A stretch of 64,000 bases of DNA from Bacteroidales bacterium (lineage in GTDB: Bacteria > Bacteroidota > Bacteroidia > Bacteroidales > UBA3663), in NCBI GenBank assembly GCA_017449065.1, contig JAFSKF010000055.1, positions 4,301 through 68,300 on the forward strand, in the 5' to 3' direction. Below, piece by piece: positions 29,764 to 37,331 of the stretch. The notes below the pieces were generated by a model that worked only from the letters and a program-made list of their open reading frames with translations, was not told where the DNA came from and ran no database searches. The translations under genes were made by a program, and so were the position numbers. Numbering within the stretch: position 1 is the first letter of the stretch; each line of letters begins with the position of its first letter.

Positions 29764-31209
29764 TTAGTTAGAAATCGTCAAAGTTGTCTTATCGCAGATC
29801 AATCGGAAACCGACATAAGCGGCTTTATCTTCCGTGAATGCCAAAGAGAAATTAACTCGATTATTAATTAAAAGAGCGTTAGATACAGGTGTAATTGCAT
29901 TTTCTGCACTATTAAAATAGCCGCCCATATATTTATAGGCGTAATACACATTATACGTATGGGTACTTCCTGTATTTGTCCATTCTCCCACATTTCCACT
30001 CATATCATAAAGGCCCAACTCATTAGGAAGTTTCTGTTTAACCCCATGAGGCGTTCCATTACTGTTTAATGAGAACCACGCGACATCTGCAGCTATATTT
30101 CCTCCACAATAGGTTGTACTCTTCGATAAATTCCCTCCTTTGGCTGCAAAAGACCATTCAGCTTCGCTTGGTATAGAAAAAACACTCCCTGTTTCTAAAT
30201 TTAACCTGCTAATAAATGCATTGCATTCGCTTAACGAAACGTTTGTCACTGGCATACTTGGATCCTTTATCGTTGACGGATTCGTCTGCATAACAGCTTC
30301 CCAAAGTTCCTGAGTAACCTCAGTTTCTCCCACATAATAGCAATTTCCATTTAGGCCCGAAACGCCATTATAGACTTTCATCATGCGGAAACTAACTCCA
30401 GCAACAGTAAAATCCTTAAAACGGACTGCTTTCCAGCCATTCATATTTTCAGAGGTCGGGATATTCAGATAACCGCTTTTTCCTTGTGCCAGGACTTTCG
30501 AACTAACTGTTTTTTCAAACGCCAGGTTGTTTGCCCTATCGTGTATGGTTATTTTGCGATTATCCTCTTCTTCAAAAAAGCCGTAGTAATAATCTGAAAA
30601 TCCGTCTTTCAGAACGCTGCCATCAAAAACAGAATCTCCCTTAACAAACTCATTATCTTCCAGACTGTAACTTCGATAAAAGGATATTCCTTCTGCTATA
30701 AAAGATTGCTTGGATGTACCTTTTAGCCTGATTCGTCCTGTCATAGGCTTTAAAATCGCATCCACTTTAACTACTTTGTCGTTGAACGAATAAGTGGCAC
30801 TATTATCTGCAAAAATAGCCGTTGTCTTGTTCAATGTAACTGCACTGTAGGAACTTTCTGCGGCATTTTCAAAATAATAACATTCGCATACGGCGTTATC
30901 GACCTCAGTCAATGAACCATAAATCTCCAAATCCCACTTTGATGCTGCGGAACTATATTTTGCCATTCCGCTGATTCTATCGTTTCCTGACGAAAACTGA
31001 AAATATACCTTTGAACCATCTTCCCAAGTTTCGGCTAAAACAGACCGAGTAGTACCCTCACTGTCGAAGTCTTCCTTATCTGTATTCAGTTCAATCTCCG
31101 CATAAGTTACGACTCTATCTTCTTTAGGCTGAACCAAATCTTCTGCATCATTAGAACATGACGCTATCAGAAAAGCCAAAGGAGTAAATAAGACAAGTAA
31201 TTTCTTCAT
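29764..31209 (-). CDS. Surface lipoprotein: paralogous N-terminal ~230-aa domain plus C-terminal FGE-sulfatase-fold domain lacking the catalytic Cys pair (operon gene 7)
   Basis: The lipobox is LIASC, followed by the acidic stretch SNDAED. FGE-fold motifs are present: GETEVTQELWEAVM, ECNAFISRLN, PSEAEWSFAAKGG and LGLYDMSGNVGEWT. No CxxxxC occurs where FGE has its active site. Confidence 0.8.
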   Translation of the reverse strand: MKKLLVLFTPLAFLIASCSNDAEDLVQPKEDRVVTYAEIELNTDKEDFDSEGTTRSVLAETWEDGSKVYFQFSSGNDRISGMAKYSSAASKWDLEIYGSLTEVDNAVCECYYFENAAESSYSAVTLNKTTAIFADNSATYSFNDKVVKVDAILKPMTGRIRLKGTSKQSFIAEGISFYRSYSLEDNEFVKGDSVFDGSVLKDGFSDYYYGFFEEEDNRKITIHDRANNLAFEKTVSSKVLAQGKSGYLNIPTSENMNGWKAVRFKDFTVAGVSFRMMKVYNGVSGLNGNCYYVGETEVTQELWEAVMQTNPSTIKDPSMPVTNVSLSECNAFISRLNLETGSVFSIPSEAEWSFAAKGGNLSKSTTYCGGNIAADVAWFSLNSNGTPHGVKQKLPNELGLYDMSGNVGEWTNTGSTHTYNVYYAYKYMGGYFNSAENAITPVSNALLINNRVNFSLAFTEDKAAYVGFRLICDKTTLTISN

Positions 31210-31278
31210 AGTATGCTTTGTTTAGATTTATCATTATGACATTTATTAGCCACTTTATTTTCGTTATCAAATAGAATC

Positions 31279-32778
31279 CTACAACGGAATAACGACAGGT
31301 TGTTTCCCACGATATGCGGGTTGAGTCATACCAATGCGTGCACCTGTATAGGTGGGATCACATATCACATATTTCCTGTTATCAACCATTACATAATCCC
31401 CAGAAACCTCCTGATGGAAATTCACTGCGCTCCAAAGATGTCCTGGCGAATAGAGCAAAACTACATCCAAACCCACTAATTTACGGACCAGAAGAGATAA
31501 TAATATAGACCGGTCCTCACAATCGTTATTCGGGTAATAGAAATTCTCCTCAAAAAAGAACGGTTTCTCATAACCGAACTGTTCGTTGTCGGTTGCATAG
31601 CTAAAACCATATTGGAGGAAATCCATCAGCATTGAGACTTTTTCATACTCTGTCTTTCCGTCAAGTGCCTTCCGAAGAGGTGGCATCAACTGTCTGCCGA
31701 CATCTTCCGACAAGGGCTGCCGTGCATAAAATCCCCAAGGATAGCCACAGAAATAAGGTTCTGATTCATAGTAGTCCATCAGATTCTTATTGACACTAAC
31801 AGAGACTTTAACTTCTGGATAACGTTGGGAATAAACCGTTCTCTTTTCACTTTCAATATTACTTAACACCATTTCAGAAGGGCACTCAAAGTCAATTGGA
31901 CGTATGGCGTCTTTCATATTCAGACGATAAGTGTAGATCTGTTCGTTTTTTATGTTTGTGTCAAGAATATAATATGTCTTACCGTCAATTGTCAAGAAAG
32001 CGAAGGTGTATGCTTCCATCGTAAATGGACAAAGAATCAGCAACCGGTTGCTTGCGGATCTTGCCATACGCACATCATAACCCAACTGATTCATTAACCA
32101 TGCCTGCAACAGAACCGCTTCATTTCCTTGTGTGTCTTCCACTTTCCGTGAAACGGATTCACAAAGTTTGAAAGTTGCCCATCCATTCAATTTCATATTC
32201 CGCTGCAAATTCGAACAGTCAGCAACGAACGAACCCGTATTTACAGACGCCAATTTATACAAGCAATCAGCCACGTCTTTTTCCGTGCAGGATGCAAGTC
32301 GGAATTTTAATTCATCGGTAACCGAAATACTGCAACCCGTTCCAAAAAAAATCACATTAATCTTCTTTGGTTCGCCCTTATCCCCCTTGGGAACTTCTGG
32401 AACCACTATCGGAACTGGTTTGACAGGCTTCTTATCTGGTAAAATCTCACCATGAGGAAGTGGAGAAGGTTCCACTGGAGCCACATCTTCTTTCGGAAGG
32501 ACTACAGGTGGAACAACAGGTTTGGGTTCCGTGTGTTTCTTCCTGCCAGGCAAAACTTCGAATAAATCCCATTTTTGCCGAGCATAGGCTGCAAACTCCT
32601 CATTCTTTTGTTTCCGATACTGTTCAAACTTCCGATATTGTTCCGTGCGATAGTCCGAAAATTCCGCCCTCTTCTGATTCCTGAAAGCCTCAAATTCAGA
32701 CTTTTTGTCAAATTGGGCCAGCACTGTCACAGATAACAGTGCACCAAATAGTGATAAAACAATTCTTAGTTTGAACAT
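31279..32778 (-). CDS. Secreted transglutaminase-like (Cys-His-Asp papain-fold) protein (operon gene 6)
   Basis: 499 aa. Order of parts: signal peptide, charged helical segment, Pro-rich linker, then a C-terminal core of DCEDRS..GHLWSAV..ICDPT that matches the transglutaminase-core pattern. Confidence 0.7.
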   Translation of the reverse strand: MFKLRIVLSLFGALLSVTVLAQFDKKSEFEAFRNQKRAEFSDYRTEQYRKFEQYRKQKNEEFAAYARQKWDLFEVLPGRKKHTEPKPVVPPVVLPKEDVAPVEPSPLPHGEILPDKKPVKPVPIVVPEVPKGDKGEPKKINVIFFGTGCSISVTDELKFRLASCTEKDVADCLYKLASVNTGSFVADCSNLQRNMKLNGWATFKLCESVSRKVEDTQGNEAVLLQAWLMNQLGYDVRMARSASNRLLILCPFTMEAYTFAFLTIDGKTYYILDTNIKNEQIYTYRLNMKDAIRPIDFECPSEMVLSNIESEKRTVYSQRYPEVKVSVSVNKNLMDYYESEPYFCGYPWGFYARQPLSEDVGRQLMPPLRKALDGKTEYEKVSMLMDFLQYGFSYATDNEQFGYEKPFFFEENFYYPNNDCEDRSILLSLLVRKLVGLDVVLLYSPGHLWSAVNFHQEVSGDYVMVDNRKYVICDPTYTGARIGMTQPAYRGKQPVVIPL

Positions 32779-32784
32779 ACCAAC

Positions 32785-33636
32785 TTAGAAATTATAAGTC
32801 AATGAAAGTCCGGCATAATCAGGCCCTACGGTCGGCACCATACCGAAACGGTTCTCTCCGGCAGGTTTCACCTTTACTTGCCTTGCGCCCTTTGCCACAG
32901 CAGCATCTAAGACATTATAGACCCAGACAGCAATTCCGGCACCAATGCATACATTACGTCCCGTTTCCCAGTTAGATTTTTTATCCTCATACTGTTTTGC
33001 AAATTTGGGAGTTTCTTTAATTTTACGCTCATAAGAACTACATTTGTTTTCGCAAAACAACATTCCGGATACCGCAGCAGCCTCAGCTGCAAAAAAACAA
33101 ATACCCTTCACCCGGCTACCTTTATACCACTGCCCCGCTCCAGGGACAACTGACATCAGCACAGGAGCCACTCCATAAGAAGTCGTTAGATAGGTCCGGT
33201 CGAATACGGGATGATCCTCAACTGCAACCATAAACAATGTATGCATCTTGACCAATCCTTGTTCTTGGGTAACATATTCATCAACTGGATAAGCCTGCAG
33301 TTCAAACTGTTTACCCGACACCTGCATCCTAACATCCACCTGATCACGAATGGTCTCATTCATCTGTCCGTTGACGACTGTCTGTTCTATGTTGCGAAGC
33401 TTACCACTTTCAACATTCACCTGAACGGCACGGGTCAGTTGTTCGTTTGAAGCCAGTTTTTTCTTGGCTTCTTCGCGGGCACTTGCTATATCAGTTGCAT
33501 ACGAAACCACTTCCACAAACTTGTAGGTGTGGTTCATTTCCTGTGGGGTATTGCCGACCCACCTGGGCTTTTGTGCCACCAATGTGGTGGACAAAAGTCC
33601 AAGTAAGACAAAACAGATATCACGGAGTTTTATCAT
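32785..33636 (-). CDS. Secreted protein with LPP20-like N-domain and hydrophobic C-terminal region, PGAGQWYKG motif (operon gene 5)
   Basis: 283 aa with a signal peptide. The C-terminal half has 2-3 hydrophobic segments resembling Bacteroidetes DUF5683 and ends in ..LSLTYNF. The family assignment is tentative. Confidence 0.5.
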   Translation of the reverse strand: MIKLRDICFVLLGLLSTTLVAQKPRWVGNTPQEMNHTYKFVEVVSYATDIASAREEAKKKLASNEQLTRAVQVNVESGKLRNIEQTVVNGQMNETIRDQVDVRMQVSGKQFELQAYPVDEYVTQEQGLVKMHTLFMVAVEDHPVFDRTYLTTSYGVAPVLMSVVPGAGQWYKGSRVKGICFFAAEAAAVSGMLFCENKCSSYERKIKETPKFAKQYEDKKSNWETGRNVCIGAGIAVWVYNVLDAAVAKGARQVKVKPAGENRFGMVPTVGPDYAGLSLTYNF

Positions 33637-34214
33637 AATCCTAACTTACCTTGTAGTTTCTTAAGCTCTTCTTTGTTCTCTTCAATGAACTTCTGCCTGT
33701 CAAAATCGGTCTGAAGAATTTCATCCTGGGTCAACCGATTATAGGCATCATCTAACAGTTTATCGGTTGTCTGGGTTAACTCGATACAAACATACGCCGT
33801 AATTGTCTTATCCGGATTATCGTATATCGACGGCTCACCTATCACTTTGTAGCTCAGCACTTGAGAAATGTAGGTTTTTACGTGATTCTGCACTTCCTGT
33901 TCCGTGAGTCCACGGTTATCAATCTGATTGGTTTTATTGTAGCGGTCGCGCACACCGATGATAGCCGACTGGATGCGACCTGCAAGTAGCGCGACAGCTG
34001 CATTTTCTGCATTCTCCAATGCCACATCTTCAAGACTCGATGTTGCAGAAGAAGCTGCCCTTAGGTTTTTACCTTCCTTTTGTGCTAACTGGTATGTCGG
34101 ATCTACCGTGCGTCGAACCCTACCCGCTGTATCAACAGCAGCTTTCTTGGAACCACAAGAAACAAACACCGTGGCAGTCATCATCATTGCTGCCAATAAC
34201 ATTAACTTTTTCAT
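33633..34214 (-). CDS. Small lipoprotein, LPP20/FlgP-like (operon gene 4)
   Basis: 193 aa. The lipobox is VFVSC, followed by basic residues GSKK. It overlaps the next gene by 4 nt (ATGA). The fold assignment is tentative. Confidence 0.5.
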   Translation of the reverse strand: MKKLMLLAAMMMTATVFVSCGSKKAAVDTAGRVRRTVDPTYQLAQKEGKNLRAASSATSSLEDVALENAENAAVALLAGRIQSAIIGVRDRYNKTNQIDNRGLTEQEVQNHVKTYISQVLSYKVIGEPSIYDNPDKTITAYVCIELTQTTDKLLDDAYNRLTQDEILQTDFDRQKFIEENKEELKKLQGKLGL

Positions 34215-34242
34215 AGAGGTTATTTTAGTTTATTGTTACTAA

Positions 34243-35607
34243 TTAATAAGATAATAATCTCAAACCTATAGCATATGAAGCCGAAGTAAATGAAGAATTA
34301 GAACTATATGATGAACATTTGACATAATTCTGACTATCACTATAGTATCCTCCATAATAAGAAAATGAATTACCTGATGCCAAAGTCATTTCTGATACAT
34401 TGCCGCTCATGTCATAAATTTCCAGTTCGTTCGGCTTCAAGGTCTTCACATCATGTCTCGAAGAATTACTATTGCCAGAATACCAAGCAACCTCAGCAAC
34501 AGAATTGCTCCCAGAGTAAGTATATCCCTGGGTTAAATTTCCGCCTTGAGCGGCAAAGAACCACTCAGAAGCAGTAGGCAAACGGAAGTTTTCTCCGGTT
34601 TTGGCATTCAGTTTCGCAATGAAAGTAAGACAATCATTGTAAGATACATTGGCTACCGGTAAATTATCTCCTGAAAGATTCGTGTTCATCACCGCATTCC
34701 ACAATGCCTGGGTAACCTCAGTCTCCCCAATGAAGAAACTATAATAGGAAGCGTTGCCTACCACACGAATCATTCGGAAAGACACCTTTCCTATCGAATA
34801 GTCCTTAAACTTAACAGTTGTCCACCCGCTACGTTTGTCAAGCGTCGGGATATCGAGATATCCACTTTTGCCGACTCCCAGCGCATTACTTCCGAAAGTA
34901 CGTACAAACGAGACATTGTTCTCCTTATCGTTGAAAATCAACTCTCGGTTATCTTCGTCTGCAAAGAAACCGTAGATATAGTTTGAATAACCGTCTTTTT
35001 CTGTTGTTGAGATTATACTCGGGGCAGCAGATTCGAAGGTATTGCTTTCCAAATTATAGTTAGTATAGCAAGTTACACCATCCAGAAAAAACTCCTGAAG
35101 AGCAGATCCTTTCATGCGGATTCGGCCAGTCATGGGTTTCAGGTTTGCTGTCACTTTCACCGTATTATCTTCAACTGAATACGAAGAAGATTTATCGATA
35201 AAAATCGCTGTTGCGTTTGTTAAAGAAACCGATCTGTATGTTGCTTCTCCTGCATTTTCGAAATAATATGCCTCACACTGACCATCATTGGTGATCGGAA
35301 GGGAACCATAATACTCGATGGTCCAGGATGAAGAAGATTTGCTATACTCTGCCACTCCGTCAACAAGAGAATTACCCACCGAAAACTGAAGGTAAACCTT
35401 GGAGCCATCGTCCCAGGCATCAGCAGCAACTGCGCGAGTTGTCCCTTCGGAGTCGAAGCTCGGCTTGGCGCTGTTGAACTCCATCGTAGCATAATGAACT
35501 TCACGCTCTTTGGTTGGAGGTTCCAAATTATCGATATCGTCACTAGTGCACGACACCGAAATCAAAGTCATTACAACGAATGACACTAAATAATGTAATT
35601 TTTTCAT
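34243..35607 (-). CDS. Surface lipoprotein, paralog of 29764-31209 (N-domain plus cysteine-pair-less FGE fold) (operon gene 3)
   Basis: I prefer the start at M15 (MKKLHYLVSFVVMTLISVSC, ATG at 35605-35607). The lipobox is followed by the acidic stretch TSDDID. By eye, roughly half of the aligned residues are identical to gene 7. Confidence 0.8.
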   Translation of the reverse strand: MKKLHYLVSFVVMTLISVSCTSDDIDNLEPPTKEREVHYATMEFNSAKPSFDSEGTTRAVAADAWDDGSKVYLQFSVGNSLVDGVAEYSKSSSSWTIEYYGSLPITNDGQCEAYYFENAGEATYRSVSLTNATAIFIDKSSSYSVEDNTVKVTANLKPMTGRIRMKGSALQEFFLDGVTCYTNYNLESNTFESAAPSIISTTEKDGYSNYIYGFFADEDNRELIFNDKENNVSFVRTFGSNALGVGKSGYLDIPTLDKRSGWTTVKFKDYSIGKVSFRMIRVVGNASYYSFFIGETEVTQALWNAVMNTNLSGDNLPVANVSYNDCLTFIAKLNAKTGENFRLPTASEWFFAAQGGNLTQGYTYSGSNSVAEVAWYSGNSNSSRHDVKTLKPNELEIYDMSGNVSEMTLASGNSFSYYGGYYSDSQNYVKCSSYSSNSSFTSASYAIGLRLLSY

Positions 35608-35639
35608 AGCTTTTAAATAAGTGTTATACATTAATATTT

Positions 35640-37307
35640 TTAATTCCAATCTTCATCATTGTCGAATTCTTTCTTATCAATATTTCCGATACCCGTAGGA
35701 TTCTCGTTCATATCTTCATCCGAACCATAGCCTTCTTTGCCCAGAGAACCTTCTGTAGATGGATTCCCGTTCAAATCTTCATCCGAACCATAGCCCTCTT
35801 TACTAAAAGTGCCTTCGGCAGATTGATTCTCGTTCAAATCTTCATCCGAACCATGTCCTTCTTTGCCGATTGTTCCCTCTGTATTAGATCCGACATTAAG
35901 ATCTTCGTCTTCCCCAAAGCCTTCCTTACCGATAATACTTTCAGAAGATGATTTTCCATTTAAGTCTTCATCCTGTCCATAGCCTTCTTTATTAATCGTA
36001 CCCTCAGATGAAGTCTCATTCGTTAAGCTATCATCATCTCCGTAACCATCCTTACCAATGGTTCCTTCAGAAGACGTATTTCCTGTCAAATCTTCCTCTG
36101 TGCCATATCCGTTCTTTTCGAAAGAACCCTCTCCATCCGCTGAAGGATTCAAGTCCTCATCCTCTCCATAGTGTTGAACACCGAACTCCGTTCCATCCTC
36201 TTCTTCTGACAAAGTGGTAAACTGAACGACTTCGCCATAAGAAGAGCCTCTTTCGTTAGTCGCGAAAGAACGAATGAAATAAGATGTCTTTGCTGTCAAC
36301 ATTGCCAACCGGGTCTCTAACATAGAAGACTTGCCACAAACCACTTTTGTTCCGTTATCAAAGGATGGCTTATTTGATACTGAATAGATAAATCCTGCTT
36401 CTGAAAGCGTTCCGTTCCCCAAATCAGACACGGATGCTATCGCCGTTGCGAAATGACTGCGAATTTTGCTGACTTCAACAGCAGAAACCGTTGGCAAGAC
36501 AATTTCTTTTTGATTTTCAATATTTACAAGAGTCCAACCTTGCAATACATTGTCAGTGCTTGGAAGAGAAATAAAACCGCTCTGCCCGGCAGCAAGGACA
36601 GCATCGTCAAAACTGCGAATAAAAACGCCTTGTCCAGTTGCATCGACAACCAGTTGACGCTGAGAAACATTAGAAAAACCAACATAGAAATAATCGGTAT
36701 CTCCAGACTTGTCGAATGAAGAAGATATTTTATTTTTGCTGATTTCAAAAGTATTAGTGGTAATGTTATATTCAGTATGATACTGCAATCCAGAAACACC
36801 AAATTTTGCTGATGCCTGCCCTTTGAAACGGACGCGTCCGGTACGGGGGGAAAGCAATAACTTGACAAACATTTCCGAATCCTCGGTGAATGTGAAACTA
36901 CCCTCAACATCCTGATAGATGGCAGAACGTGCATTTAAAGAAACTGATTGTGATGAAGTTCCTGCATCATTTCTGAAAAAATAAGCCTCACAATCTCCAT
37001 CCGTATCCGGTTCTATCTGTCGGGAAGTAGTTATGGTCCACTGTCCGTCTGTCTGACTATAGTTGGCAACACCGGGAATCCGATTGTCTCCAATCTTCAA
37101 CTGCAAGTATAACCGAGCACCTTCCTCCCAAGCATAAGAAGAACGTGTCGGCTGACCGAATCCTGTTAATTCGGCTTCGAGAAATAACCGGTATGAAAAA
37201 AGGGATTCCGGCTTCGAAGCTGGTCCTGAAATCTCCGATTCCCGATAACAGGATTCTGTCAACAGTGACAATAATAGGGCTATGCTATATATGCATATTC
37301 TTTTCAT
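35640..37307 (-). CDS. Lipoprotein: shared N-domain, one Fn3-like module, then nine 21-aa acidic repeats (operon gene 2)
   Basis: 555 aa with the lipobox-like LLTESC. The N-domain aligns with genes 3 and 7 (..LSPRTGRVRFKG.. versus ..LKPMTGRIRLKG..). The C-terminus is ..DNDEDWN. Confidence 0.75.
   Translation of the reverse strand: MKRICIYSIALLLSLLTESCYRESEISGPASKPESLFSYRLFLEAELTGFGQPTRSSYAWEEGARLYLQLKIGDNRIPGVANYSQTDGQWTITTSRQIEPDTDGDCEAYFFRNDAGTSSQSVSLNARSAIYQDVEGSFTFTEDSEMFVKLLLSPRTGRVRFKGQASAKFGVSGLQYHTEYNITTNTFEISKNKISSSFDKSGDTDYFYVGFSNVSQRQLVVDATGQGVFIRSFDDAVLAAGQSGFISLPSTDNVLQGWTLVNIENQKEIVLPTVSAVEVSKIRSHFATAIASVSDLGNGTLSEAGFIYSVSNKPSFDNGTKVVCGKSSMLETRLAMLTAKTSYFIRSFATNERGSSYGEVVQFTTLSEEEDGTEFGVQHYGEDEDLNPSADGEGSFEKNGYGTEEDLTGNTSSEGTIGKDGYGDDDSLTNETSSEGTINKEGYGQDEDLNGKSSSESIIGKEGFGEDEDLNVGSNTEGTIGKEGHGSDEDLNENQSAEGTFSKEGYGSDEDLNGNPSTEGSLGKEGYGSDEDMNENPTGIGNIDKKEFDNDEDWN
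35643..36209 (-). repeat. Coding tandem repeat, 9 x 63 nt (21 aa), consensus xNxSxEGTIGKEGYGxDEDLN
   Basis: The YG/FG/HG-acidic-(L/M/W)N motif recurs at residues 380, 401, 422, 443, 464, 485, 506, 527 and 548. The period is exactly 21 aa, and the protein ends at the end of unit 9. Confidence 0.85.
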
Positions 37308-37331
37308 AATGTCAATTTGCTGTTATAAACG

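Noticed and set aside
35643-36209. Regularly spaced 63-nt repeats that could be mistaken for a CRISPR-like array.
   Set aside because: The repeats are in frame within a long ORF, contiguous without unique spacers, and degenerate at the DNA level. They are a coding tandem repeat.
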